Shown: positions 24,634 through 36,019, counted from the first letter of the stretch. The stretch is 64,000 nt of DNA from Microgenomates group bacterium Gr01-1014_5 (GCA_007376395.1 VMGE01000006.1:2812-66811); one strand, 5' to 3'. Numbers and translations: made by a program. Notes: generated from the sequence alone by a model not told the origin.

Positions 24634-25371
24634 ATGATAAAAGCAGTAATTTTTGATTTAGACGATACGCTTTGTAACGCGTCGGAAGTGATGGAGAAAA
24701 CTCTGCGAACCGTCTTTGAAGAGAATTTAAGCCATTATCCGGATAAAACCGTCGAAGAAATGGTTGCTCTTAATAAACAGGCGTTCAAAGAGATCTTTTT
24801 AGACCCTTCGATTTCTGTTCCTTCAGCCTCAATTTTGATTTGGTTTAGGATTTTTGAACTCATGGGTAAAAAACCTCCCATAAAAGCAATCATGCGCATT
24901 GTTGAAGGTTATTGGGAAGAAAACACCAAACAATTAAAAACCACTCCTGGAACTTTTGAATTATTAGACTATTTAAAGGAAAGTGGAATAAAAATCGGCG
25001 TTTTGACTAACGGCGCCTTTATAGGACAAGCAAAAAAACTCGCAATATTAGGCTTGGATGAAAAAATAGATTGTTTTGTCGCCTCAGACATGTGTTTATG
25101 CGACAAACCAGACCCAAAAGCCTTTCTTTATATTTTAAGTAAAATGGATGCCCTGCCCCACGAAGCAATTATGGTTGGCGACCGTATCGACAACGACATT
25201 AATGGCGCAAAACGCCTTGGAATGAAAGGAATTTTGGTCGGAAACAAAGGAATTTCCGGCAATAATAGCGCAGATTTAGTTGTTCAAAATTTAAGAGATT
25301 GTATCCCTTTTGTCGAATCACTTAGCAAGAAAATTGAGAATTCCCCCACTTTCCAAGATTTCCAATATTAA
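24634..25371 (+). CDS. HAD superfamily hydrolase
   Basis: FDLDDTL, LTNG, KPDP, VGDRIDND. Confidence 0.9.
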   Translation: MIKAVIFDLDDTLCNASEVMEKTLRTVFEENLSHYPDKTVEEMVALNKQAFKEIFLDPSISVPSASILIWFRIFELMGKKPPIKAIMRIVEGYWEENTKQLKTTPGTFELLDYLKESGIKIGVLTNGAFIGQAKKLAILGLDEKIDCFVASDMCLCDKPDPKAFLYILSKMDALPHEAIMVGDRIDNDINGAKRLGMKGILVGNKGISGNNSADLVVQNLRDCIPFVESLSKKIENSPTFQDFQY

Positions 25372-25580
25372 CCGTGTCCACCCAGCGCCCTGCGCACTTC
25401 TTCCGGGGTTGCCGGCCTTCTGCCAAACACGTCTCTTTCTAGTTCTTGACCATAAAAAGATCTCAGTTTCCGAACAAACGCTTTTCCTTCCGGAGAAACA
25501 TAATTTGCTGCCTTTTGTTCTGCTCGTCTTCTAATCTTGCGTTCTCTTTCTCCCATTTTTCCAAACCTATAATGGGGCAC
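25368..25580 (-). CDS. Small basic hypothetical protein
   Basis: 70-aa ORF only. Confidence 0.4.
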   Translation of the reverse strand: MPHYRFGKMGERERKIRRRAEQKAANYVSPEGKAFVRKLRSFYGQELERDVFGRRPATPEEVRRALGGHG

Positions 25581-25692
25581 TCTCTAATGATTGTCAACCC
25601 CGAAACCAAACCACAAACTCTAAAAATGTGGTATAATGGAAAATAGAATAACTCCTCCTGCCTCACATGAGTTTTATTTTGGCAGTTTTAAT

Positions 25693-25950
25693 ATGACTAA
25701 CACTTGTACCCGCTGCGGTAGCACACGAATTCTTGCCAAAACCTGGGAAGAAGTCGTCGAGCTTTATTCCCGCAAAACAACCATTACCCACTCCCAGTTC
25801 GTTTGCCCTGACTCTAAATGCCAAAAACAGGTAGAAGATCAACTTACCCAGATAAGAGAAAAAAGAGAATACGCAGAACACCAAAAAGAGATTGCCAAAG
25901 CTGAGAAGTTAAAAGAAAACGCCAAAGCTGCTGCCGCCCGCCTCCTGTAA
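25693..25950 (+). CDS. Small zinc-ribbon protein
   Basis: CTRCG...CPDSKCQ. Confidence 0.7.
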   Translation: MTNTCTRCGSTRILAKTWEEVVELYSRKTTITHSQFVCPDSKCQKQVEDQLTQIREKREYAEHQKEIAKAEKLKENAKAAAARLL

Positions 25951-25988
25951 CCCCAAATCTGATATAATCGATCCAGAAGTTCTCGTAT

Positions 25989-26061
25989 GGCCTAGTGGCG
26001 AAGTGGCTAACGCGCTCGTCTGCAAAACGAGTATTCACCGGTTCAACTCCGGTCTAGGCCT
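25989..26061 (+). tRNA. tRNA-Cys(GCA)
   Basis: GGCCTAG/CTAGGCC acceptor, CTCGT-CTGCAAA-ACGAG anticodon arm, GGTTCAACTCC. Confidence 0.95.
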
Positions 26062-26196
26062 CAAAAAAATCTCAAATAAGCACGGTAAATAGGCCCAAAA
26101 ACTTGACTTTTGGCTATTCTATGGGGTATACTGTGTCCAGTTCTCAAGCATTTGTTGTTTGAGAATTTTTTTGTCTTTATAGCCTCTATCTGAGGC

Positions 26197-26277
26197 TAGA
26201 CAGGGTTGTGCGCAACGTAATAATTTCTCTGAAATTAAACGTTGCTGAAACGTAGAAATTTCAATTTCGTACGTTTC
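26197..26277 (+). promoter_or_regulatory. Candidate cis-regulatory twin-hairpin motif, copy 2 (M23 leader)
   Basis: TAGACAG..GCAACGTAATAATTTCTCTGAAATTAAACGTTGC-T-GAAACGTAGAAATTTCAATTTCGTACGTTTC, 25 nt before the ATG. Confidence 0.65.
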
Positions 26278-26302
26278 GCCGCCCCGCTAAGCGGGGTAAA
26301 CC

Positions 26303-26977
26303 ATGATAAAACTTACCCGAAATTTGCGTCAAATCCGACGTGCGCTCAAAAAGCGCGCGAGGTTTTTGGTGCGCAAATATCCTCTTTTTTCAGACCTCTC
26401 CCAGCTTAGAAGTATCCGCTCTGGCAACAAGCTCTCAAGAATTGCCCGCCACCTTCTTGAACATGCCAATATCAAGGCTATTCTGGGCGGAAATATTACT
26501 CTAATGGTTCTCACCACAGGTCTTCTTGTGCCTGGAACCGTAGCCCACGAAGAGCCTGTAGAAACCTTAGTTTTACCAGGCTTCCCTACCCAAGTAGCCA
26601 CAGAGGTTAAAATTCGCTACCCTGTAGAAAAAGTTAAGATTAACCAAGGCTTTAGCTATTTCCATTGGGGAGTTGATCTTGACGGAGAGACCGGCGACCC
26701 GGTTTATCCTATTGAAAAGGGTAAAATTGAATCACGGGAATTCTCCCGCTTTGGATATGGAAATTCCATTATTATTAACCACGGAGACGGTCTTAAATCA
26801 CGCTATGCTCATTTAAGCCGTATAGACGTGCGTGATGGGGACGAAGTCGATCCTGCTACAGCAATTGGAAAGCTCGGTAATACCGGTCGTTCTACTGGAG
26901 CCCATCTCCACTTGGAGATCTATGATAACGGTAAGCCTATTAATCCTGCAGTTTTGCTTGGGAAACCGGTAAGGTAA
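26303..26977 (+). CDS. M23 family peptidase
   Basis: HWGVD, GYGN, YAHL, GNTGRSTGAHLHLE. Confidence 0.93.
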   Translation: MIKLTRNLRQIRRALKKRARFLVRKYPLFSDLSQLRSIRSGNKLSRIARHLLEHANIKAILGGNITLMVLTTGLLVPGTVAHEEPVETLVLPGFPTQVATEVKIRYPVEKVKINQGFSYFHWGVDLDGETGDPVYPIEKGKIESREFSRFGYGNSIIINHGDGLKSRYAHLSRIDVRDGDEVDPATAIGKLGNTGRSTGAHLHLEIYDNGKPINPAVLLGKPVR

Positions 26978-26987
26978 GGAAGCTTTT

Positions 26988-28721
<1,734 letters not shown>

Positions 28722-29021
28722 CTACTCTTGCGTAGCAAGAACGTCTTCAAACTTCACAAATAAATACTCTTTTCCTTCAACTTTGATCTCGCTTCCTCCC
28801 CACTTTTTATAAACAATTTTGTCCCCTGCTTTAACAGGAGCTTTTTTAACTTTCCCTGAATCTGTAACTTCGTCTGCGCCAACGGCAATTACAGTCCCAA
28901 CCTGCGGCTTTTCTCCTGCGGTATCAGGTAAAACAATTCCCGAGGCAGTTGTAGTTTCTGCTTCTTGCGGTTCAAGAAGAATATAACCGGCAGTAGGTGT
29001 TAGATTAAGTTTATTAGCCAT
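28722..29021 (-). CDS. groS: Co-chaperonin GroES
   Basis: TASGIVLPDTAGEKPQ, AVG, GKEYL. Confidence 0.97.
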   Translation of the reverse strand: MANKLNLTPTAGYILLEPQEAETTTASGIVLPDTAGEKPQVGTVIAVGADEVTDSGKVKKAPVKAGDKIVYKKWGGSEIKVEGKEYLFVKFEDVLATQE

Positions 29022-29049
29022 TTGTGTGTACTCTAAAACTCAAAAACCG

Positions 29050-29138
29050 CCAGCACTCGCCGACAGTCACTGCTATGGCAAACAGAAAGTTTGCCTCAAG
29101 CGCAGCGTCATTTTACGAAAGTTGCTTCTACTTGTCAA
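29050..29138 (-). promoter_or_regulatory. sigma70 promoter plus degenerate CIRCE for groESL
   Basis: TTGACA-17-TAAAAT (29138-29110); ATAGCAGTG-N9-GAGTGCTGG (29076-29050). Confidence 0.75.
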
Positions 29139-29147
29139 TGGGTCGCT

Positions 29148-30791
29148 TTACTGGGAAGCAGAATATACAGCCAAAACCCCGCGAATACTTTCGGCAACCG
29201 GAGGCAGTAAAGTCTTAATATCTCGACCTTCTTGTATCATTTGGTCTACTAAACCCTTCCAGATCTGCGATAAACGGGAATTTATTCCCGTTGACCCGTC
29301 ATTGGTGTTAGACGACAAATAAGAAGAGTGGGAAGTTGAAGCTTGGCGCAAATATGCCCCGACTAAAGGATCGTTTTCTAAAGGTTGAGCCATATCTGGC
29401 CGAGGGTAAGGGTTGCCGTATCCCCGTGCGGCCGAGACTGCGGCGTACGTTTTCTCTAAAGAAGATTTCTCGGACAAAAACTTTAAAAACCTCCAGGCTT
29501 CTTCAGAATTTTTACTTTTTTCCCAAACACCTAATGCCTGATATGACGAGTAATTAATATCCGGGTCGTCCGGGGAATTCTTGGGCAACTGCGGCATTGG
29601 TACTATACGAAAAGACAGGTTTGGGTTTAATTGTTTTATCTCTTCTGCCCGGCTTGAAGGTCCAAAGTACATCGCCGCCAAACCTTTAGCAAAAGCCTCT
29701 GTAGACCGCGGCAGGGTATCGTCCCAAATCTTTTCGTCGCGCGCGATAGAAACAAAAAACAATACCGGGTCTTCTGCCAATTCTCCTTGGGGATTAGCCA
29801 AATCCGCCTTGTTTTGCAAAAGCATGAGAGAGAGGATATCTTCCCAGTTATCAACGTTCTCTGTTCTGCCCATGGCTACTCCAGAACGGGTAATCCTCCC
29901 TTCCTCGTCTTTTTGTGTTAACTCGCGTGCGGTTTGTAAAAGATCGTTCCAGTTGTTGGGAATAAGTTTTCCGTTTTCATTAAAAATTGCCTCGTTAACA
30001 TACATCCCTAAACCGTCAATGGCTAAAGGGACGCCGAATACAGATGATCCGCGTACCAAATCACGGGAGGCGGTAGGATAAAAAGTGTTGGCAAATTCAG
30101 CGCTGTTAAAAATAGTCGCCGGGGCAGGAGCAAGCTGGGTAGACAACATTGGTACCCATGTGTTGTGATAGCTAAAAATATCCGGCCCTGAATTTTTAGC
30201 AAGGCTGTTTACCAACCTCTCCCTGTAATCTTCCTTTGCTTGTTTAATGTATCCTATTTTAACTTTGGGATTCTTTGCTTCGTATTCTTTAATTAAACTG
30301 TCCATCACTGTCTTTTCCTCCAAGCCCCAATAAGTTAGAGTTGTCTGCTCAGGACTTTTTGCGCTAAAGAGAAACGAATTTAGCGCAAAAGCTATGCCAC
30401 CTAAAACTACAAGCACACCCAAGCCTAAAAGCAGATATTTTAACGGCGGGGTTTTTGCCTTTTTTTGCTCTGCCGGGGGCTGATCTTGAGCAGGAGGAAC
30501 AGCAGGGGGCGGAACAGGACTTTGAATTTGTACCGGAGCCTGAAAAACTTCTTCTACTACCGGAATAGAGCGGGGCTCTGGTAAAACTTGAGAGACACTT
30601 GCCGTCTGCTGGTTTACAGGATTGGCGGGTAGAGAGATCGAAATTGGTGGCGGTGGGGGCACGTCCGACGAATTCTCGCTTGACGGCAGAGTCTGAGAAA
30701 TAGGATTTTGTCCGCTTGTTGGCTCGCCTCGATTCGCCTCGGTGTGAAGCGGATTCGGCGAAGCGGGCAAGCTAGAATCTTGGTCGGGCAT
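29148..30791 (-). CDS. Membrane-anchored ABC-type (sugar) solute-binding protein with Pro-rich N-terminus
   Basis: TM, TLTYWG, GPDIF, GVPLAIDGLGMYVN, EAWRFLKFL. Confidence 0.85.
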   Translation of the reverse strand: MPDQDSSLPASPNPLHTEANRGEPTSGQNPISQTLPSSENSSDVPPPPPISISLPANPVNQQTASVSQVLPEPRSIPVVEEVFQAPVQIQSPVPPPAVPPAQDQPPAEQKKAKTPPLKYLLLGLGVLVVLGGIAFALNSFLFSAKSPEQTTLTYWGLEEKTVMDSLIKEYEAKNPKVKIGYIKQAKEDYRERLVNSLAKNSGPDIFSYHNTWVPMLSTQLAPAPATIFNSAEFANTFYPTASRDLVRGSSVFGVPLAIDGLGMYVNEAIFNENGKLIPNNWNDLLQTARELTQKDEEGRITRSGVAMGRTENVDNWEDILSLMLLQNKADLANPQGELAEDPVLFFVSIARDEKIWDDTLPRSTEAFAKGLAAMYFGPSSRAEEIKQLNPNLSFRIVPMPQLPKNSPDDPDINYSSYQALGVWEKSKNSEEAWRFLKFLSEKSSLEKTYAAVSAARGYGNPYPRPDMAQPLENDPLVGAYLRQASTSHSSYLSSNTNDGSTGINSRLSQIWKGLVDQMIQEGRDIKTLLPPVAESIRGVLAVYSASQ

Positions 30792-30820
30792 TCAGGCTCC
30801 ATGGTATCATACGTGTAGCT

Positions 30821-32695
30821 ATGGACAAAATACCAAAAACACTTTTAAGATCAAAATTAAGGCCGTTCTTTGCCTTGGTTGCCGTCTGTGTAATCACTTT
30901 CATCTCTTTCCATCTCCTCTACTGGAATAGGGCTTATCCTGGAGTTAAAATCGTGGGCGTTGACGTCTCCGGAAAAACAGCTGCCGGGATAGAAGAAATA
31001 ACAAACAATCTCGCAAAGCCGGAAAAAATAGTCCTCAGCTCTAAAGATGAAGCTCCACGGGCAGGCGCCCGCGGTATCTTCTCCCCACTGCTTCGTCAGG
31101 AGCGGAATCCCTCCGAAGCAGAAATTTCTTCGCATTCATCCACGGAATTGGACACATGGTTTTCTGCGAAGGGGGATAAAAAATACGAATATACCGGTGA
31201 AGAAATTGAGCTGGAATACAGAACAAACAAAACAGCTCTCCGCGCCGTAGAAATTGGCCGCAAAGGAGACTTGGGTAAAACAACCCGCGACAAATGGAAA
31301 GCTCTAACCCGAGGAACCAACATCCCTCTTTCTATTTCGCTCGACAGCAAGGCTCTAGATTTAATCATTGAAAAGGTCTCTCAGGACGCACACGTTCCTT
31401 CTGTTGAGCCCGCGGTCAATATTCAAGGGAAAAGAATTGTCGTTAACGCCGGAAAAAGCGGGCAAGAGGTCAAAAAAGAAGAATTAAGAGAAAAAATAAC
31501 CCGTTCCTTGGCTTTTCTTGAAACTGAAGAAATAACAATTCCTGTCACAATAACCAATCCGCAGCTTTCTGAAATTGACGTAAAAATAATCAAAGAAAGA
31601 GCAACAAAATTATTGGGCAAACAAATCCAAATTGCTTTTGAAAAAGAGATTTTCAACTACAAAGATCTGGAGCTGGTTACCATCCTTGGAACAGAACAAT
31701 CTTTTATCAATGCCGAAAAAACCAAAACCCTTGTTTCTGATTTAGCAGAGGGTGTAAACCGCGAACCTCAAGACGCCAGGTTTGAATTCGAAAGCGGGAA
31801 AGTTAAAGAATTTACACCAGCAAAAGACGGTATTAAGGTTCAGGAAGAAGAAACTGTAAAGCAGGTAGCCGAAGCGCTCAAAAAACTTGTTGAGACCGAG
31901 GAAAAAACAGCTCTCGTTCAACTCGCGGTCGACGCAACCCGCCCAGAAACTCAAAATCAAGACGTCAATAATCTGGGAATAAACGAGCTTGTCGGGCGCG
32001 GAGAGTCAATTTACCGCGGATCGATTCCCGGCCGTATTCACAACCTCTCCCTTGCGGCCAGCCGTTTAAACGGGATTCTTATCAAGCCCGGTGAAGAATT
32101 TTCCTTTAATAGAGCCGTCGGCGATATTTCGCAGGGAACCGGCTATCAGCAGGCATATGTGATTAAAGAAGGAAAAACGATTCTTGATGACGGGGGCGGG
32201 GTGTGTCAAACATCTACCACTTTTTTTAGAGCCGCCCTAAACGCAGGTCTGCCAATTACAGAAAGGCACCAGCACTCATACCGCGTCTCTTATTACGAGA
32301 ACGGCTCAAAGCCGGGGTATGACGCGGCCATTTATTTACCCAATATTGACTTGCGTATTAAAAACGACACTCCGGCGCACATTTTGATACAAACCATAAA
32401 CGACAGACAAAATGCCAAACTTATTTTTGAGTTTTACGGAACCAACGACGGAAGACGCGCAGAAACCTTAAACTACCGCCAGTGGGATCCGCGGCCTGCT
32501 CCGCCCGATCTCTATCAAGACGACCCTACCCTGCCCACAGGAACAACAAAACAGATCGAAAAGTCGGTTCCTGGATTAAAAACTGCATTTGATTACAAAG
32601 TGACGCGGGGTGGTGAAACTATTTTCGAAAAGACTTTTTATTCCAACTTCCGCCCTTGGCAAGCGGTATACCTGCGCGGAACAGCCGAACAGTAA
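30821..32695 (+). CDS. VanW family protein with peptidoglycan-binding domains
   Basis: RIHNLSLAA, PGEEFSFN, GGGVCQTSTTFFRAALNAGLPITER..HSY. Confidence 0.92.
   Translation: MDKIPKTLLRSKLRPFFALVAVCVITFISFHLLYWNRAYPGVKIVGVDVSGKTAAGIEEITNNLAKPEKIVLSSKDEAPRAGARGIFSPLLRQERNPSEAEISSHSSTELDTWFSAKGDKKYEYTGEEIELEYRTNKTALRAVEIGRKGDLGKTTRDKWKALTRGTNIPLSISLDSKALDLIIEKVSQDAHVPSVEPAVNIQGKRIVVNAGKSGQEVKKEELREKITRSLAFLETEEITIPVTITNPQLSEIDVKIIKERATKLLGKQIQIAFEKEIFNYKDLELVTILGTEQSFINAEKTKTLVSDLAEGVNREPQDARFEFESGKVKEFTPAKDGIKVQEEETVKQVAEALKKLVETEEKTALVQLAVDATRPETQNQDVNNLGINELVGRGESIYRGSIPGRIHNLSLAASRLNGILIKPGEEFSFNRAVGDISQGTGYQQAYVIKEGKTILDDGGGVCQTSTTFFRAALNAGLPITERHQHSYRVSYYENGSKPGYDAAIYLPNIDLRIKNDTPAHILIQTINDRQNAKLIFEFYGTNDGRRAETLNYRQWDPRPAPPDLYQDDPTLPTGTTKQIEKSVPGLKTAFDYKVTRGGETIFEKTFYSNFRPWQAVYLRGTAEQ
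31049..31177 (+). mobile_element. 129-bp in-frame palindromic mini-element (IS200/IS605-end-like)
   Basis: GAAGCTCCACGGGCAGGCGCCCGCGG...CATTCATCCACGG...TGGTTTTCTGCGAAGGGGGAT; adds 43 codons. Confidence 0.6.
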
Positions 32696-32790
32696 AATTG
32701 ACCTAATTAACCTAAGTACTCTAATTTCTAAATTGGGAATTGGAACTTATTTAGATTAATTAGAATAATTAGAGCAATTAGAAATTCTAT
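32696..32790. repeat. Inverted periodic arrays, near reverse complement of 60390-60488
   Basis: AAAATTGACCTAATTAACCTAA...AATTAGAATAATTAGAGCAATTAGAAATT. Confidence 0.8.
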
Positions 32791-33882
32791 ATGGTTATTC
32801 TTGGAATTGAAACTTCCTGTGACGAAACAGCGGCTTCAGTCGTAAAAGACGGAAGAGAAATTTTGTCTCATGTACTGGCAACTTCTGTACAGATGCACAT
32901 AAAAACTGGCGGCATTATTCCCGAAAAGGCTGCGCGTGAACAAGTGAAATCAATAATCCCAGTGATAGAAGAAGCACTTCTCCAGGCTTCAGGGGCTGGA
33001 GGCTGGAGGTTAGAGCCTGGGTCATCGTCTAATCTCCAATCTCTAATCTCTAGTCTCGACTGCATCGCCGTCACCTACGGTCCGGGGCTTATTGGCTCTC
33101 TTTTAGTGGGAGTAGAAACCGCCAAAACTCTTTCGTATCTTTGGAAAAAACCCGTTGTTCCCGTTAATCATCTCACTGCTCATATTTATGCAAACTGGCT
33201 AACCGGTAACCCGACAAACCGGAACCTGGAACCTGAATTGCCTGCTGTTGCACTGGTTGTCTCAGGAGGACATACAGATCTTGTTTACTTAAAAAATCAT
33301 GGTCAGATGGAATATATCGGAGGAACGCGCGACGACGCCGCTGGGGAAGCTTTTGACAAAACAGCCAGACTCTTAGGTCTTCCCTATCCCGGCGGACCAG
33401 CGATAGCCGCTGCTGCATCCCACTACCCACTACCCACTACCCACTACCAATCTTTCTTACCTCGGCCGATGATTTCCAATAATAATTTTGACTTTAGCTT
33501 CTCTGGCTTAAAAACAGCCGTGCTTCGCGAAGTATCTAACTTCCAACATCCATCTTCCAACCTCCCGCTTCCAACATCAGCTTTCGCATACGAAATTCAG
33601 GAAGCAATTACCGATGTTTTGGTCGAAAAATCTTTACGCGCGGTAAAGCAATATAAGGCAAAAACTTTTCTTTTAGCGGGCGGAGTCGCGGCAAACTCTC
33701 GCTTGCGCGAAAAGTTTGAATTAAGAATTAAGAATAATAAATTAGGGATAGATTTCAGGGTTCCTCCTCCAGAGCTTTGCACAGACAACGCCAGCCCTAT
33801 TGCCGCTTGTGCTGAATTTAACTATCACCCCCTCTCTTGGCAACAAATATCTGCCAATCCAAACTTGAGTATTATGAACTGA
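32791..33882 (+). CDS. tsaD: tRNA threonylcarbamoyltransferase TsaD, with in-frame repeat insertions
   Basis: ILGIETSCDETA, GPGLIGSL, VNHLTAH, LVVSGGHT, DDAAGEAFDK, FSFSGLKTA, CTDNA. Confidence 0.97.
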   Translation: MVILGIETSCDETAASVVKDGREILSHVLATSVQMHIKTGGIIPEKAAREQVKSIIPVIEEALLQASGAGGWRLEPGSSSNLQSLISSLDCIAVTYGPGLIGSLLVGVETAKTLSYLWKKPVVPVNHLTAHIYANWLTGNPTNRNLEPELPAVALVVSGGHTDLVYLKNHGQMEYIGGTRDDAAGEAFDKTARLLGLPYPGGPAIAAAASHYPLPTTHYQSFLPRPMISNNNFDFSFSGLKTAVLREVSNFQHPSSNLPLPTSAFAYEIQEAITDVLVEKSLRAVKQYKAKTFLLAGGVAANSRLREKFELRIKNNKLGIDFRVPPPELCTDNASPIAACAEFNYHPLSWQQISANPNLSIMN

Positions 33883-35282
33883 TGGTCAACCCAGCATTTT
33901 TACGCCTTCTGTGTTACTTTTTAGTCTTTTTTGTTTTTTTCTTACCACCTATTGACACTGATTTGGGTTGGCATTTGCGCTACGGCAACTTCATGCTTGA
34001 AAACCAAAGGCTTTTTATTCCCAACCAGCTAACTTACTTCCTCCCCGACTATGTTTGGCCTAATTCTTACACTCTTTATCAAATTTTGACTACGGTTTTA
34101 TTTAATCTGGGAGGCTTGTTTTCCCTGAGCGCGGCTTATGGGTTTTTAGGTGTATTTTCTTTCTGGCTTTTCCAGAAAATTTCCCCTAAAAATCTTTTCG
34201 CCTCTTTGAGCATCTTTTTATCTATCGTCTATTTCGGGCAAGTGGTTTTTAACCTTGGCTGGAGAGCGCAAGTTTTTAGTTTTACATTTTTAATCGCAAC
34301 TTATCTCACAGTTAAACAAGTGCTTGCCCACAACTCTTTCCCTCGATTTTTCCCCTTAATTTTTATCCTTTGGGCCAACTTGCACGGAGGGTTTGTTTTA
34401 GGACTTTTTGTCCAAGGGGCGGCTCTTGCTCAAAGCATCTTTGACAGAAACAAGAGAGTGGCAAAAACTCTAGCTCTTACTCTTACTCTTTCTGCTTTGG
34501 CAACTTTCTTAAACCCCTACGGAATAGGTGTTCACCAGGAAGTCTTAAACCACCTACAAACCTCTTTAGGCGGAATTATTGCCGAGTGGACTGCCCCGTC
34601 TTTTTGGTACACAGGCTTTGTTCTCTTCGTTACTCCGGTTTTGCTATTTTTTTCCTATTACAAAAAGAAAAACTTCATTTTTTGGACAATTTTACTGTGC
34701 ACCTTCGCTCTTATGGCCATAACCGCTAAACGCAACTTAAGTGTTTGGGCGCTATTTGCCGGAATTTGTACACTCGAGGTTGCAAAAACAGAGATTAAAA
34801 CTTGGTCTAAAAAACTTGCTTTTCAAAGAATAGCCACAGCTATTCTTATTATTCTTGGCTTAAGTATTATTTCTGCCAATATCCCTCGAACATTGGATTT
34901 AACTTTTAACTGGTCGAGTTTCTGTACCAAAGGTTTGCGCGTCATGCCGTGCGAAGCCGTAAATTACATTAAAAAATATCCACCGGAAGGAAAAAACGTT
35001 TTCTCGTCTTATGAGTGGAGTGGATTTACTGCTTGGCAATTACCCCGCTATAAATATTTTGTCGACGGACGCATGCCTGCTTGGACTATACCAAGCCCGT
35101 ACACGACTCACCTTGAAATAATGCGGGCGCAGGGTGACTTTTTGAAAAAATTGACAGACTACAAAACCGATTGGCTGTTAATTCCAGCTAGTTCCCCGCT
35201 AGATTCATATCTAACCAAAAACCAGACTATTTGGAAAGAAAAATACAGAGATAAAACGAGCGTCATTTATACTAAATTGTAG
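33882..35282 (+). CDS. Polytopic membrane protein (GT-C-like)
   Basis: DTDLGWHLRYG, LWANLHGGF, NPYG, IAEW, FVDGR. Confidence 0.7.
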   Translation: MVNPAFLRLLCYFLVFFVFFLPPIDTDLGWHLRYGNFMLENQRLFIPNQLTYFLPDYVWPNSYTLYQILTTVLFNLGGLFSLSAAYGFLGVFSFWLFQKISPKNLFASLSIFLSIVYFGQVVFNLGWRAQVFSFTFLIATYLTVKQVLAHNSFPRFFPLIFILWANLHGGFVLGLFVQGAALAQSIFDRNKRVAKTLALTLTLSALATFLNPYGIGVHQEVLNHLQTSLGGIIAEWTAPSFWYTGFVLFVTPVLLFFSYYKKKNFIFWTILLCTFALMAITAKRNLSVWALFAGICTLEVAKTEIKTWSKKLAFQRIATAILIILGLSIISANIPRTLDLTFNWSSFCTKGLRVMPCEAVNYIKKYPPEGKNVFSSYEWSGFTAWQLPRYKYFVDGRMPAWTIPSPYTTHLEIMRAQGDFLKKLTDYKTDWLLIPASSPLDSYLTKNQTIWKEKYRDKTSVIYTKL

Positions 35283-35299
35283 TATAGTTGTTATTATAA

Positions 35300-36019
35300 A
35301 TGGATATTCTGCCTGCCCAGGAGTTTCCCGAAATTACAAGCCGCTTTAGTCGGAAAAAACTTCTTCTTGTCTTTTTCATTATTATCTTTCTCGTAATCGG
35401 TATTTTTATCGTTGCGCCATTTATTGCCGAACCGACTTCTCCGCCAAAAGAAATTTTTATTACCAATATTACCGACGGACAAGCGACAATAACTTGGTCT
35501 ACAGATAAACCGACAAAAGGAACGGTTAAGATTCAAAAGGATATTTATAAAGACGATGGAGATAAAAACAAAAAAAGCCAGGGGTTTTATGCCACACACC
35601 TTGTAACAATCGGCGCCTTGCGACCTGCCACTTCGTATAATTACGAGATTTATCAAGGCTGGAGAAAAGTTTCTGAGGGTTCGTTTACAACAGCAATTAT
35701 TTTAAACTCAATTAACAACCCCAACCCTGTCTATGGCCGCGTCATTGACTCATCAAACAGACCGCAAGTCGGAGCAATTGTCTATTTGACTGCAAAAAAT
35801 CAAAACGGAGAATCAGCGCTTTACTCGACTTTGACCAACAACGAGGGACGTTGGCAAATAGATCTAGCCAACTTTCGCACCCGTGATCTAAAAGCTCCGT
35901 TTAATTTAAACACTGAGACAGTTCAAGAAGTGGTTGTGCAAACAGGATTCCGCGGCAAGTTTAAAGCCGCGACAGATATGGATAACGATCAACCCTGGCC
36001 GGATATTATTGTAAATTGA
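35300..36019 (+). CDS. Membrane-anchored fibronectin type III domain protein
   Basis: TNITDGQATITWSTD..HLVTI..LRPATSYNY; paralog of the 40278 gene. Confidence 0.75.
   Translation: MDILPAQEFPEITSRFSRKKLLLVFFIIIFLVIGIFIVAPFIAEPTSPPKEIFITNITDGQATITWSTDKPTKGTVKIQKDIYKDDGDKNKKSQGFYATHLVTIGALRPATSYNYEIYQGWRKVSEGSFTTAIILNSINNPNPVYGRVIDSSNRPQVGAIVYLTAKNQNGESALYSTLTNNEGRWQIDLANFRTRDLKAPFNLNTETVQEVVVQTGFRGKFKAATDMDNDQPWPDIIVN

Noticed and set aside
33420-33447. CRISPR array, here or at other repeats
   Set aside because: Short tandem heptamers without unique spacers; no cas genes
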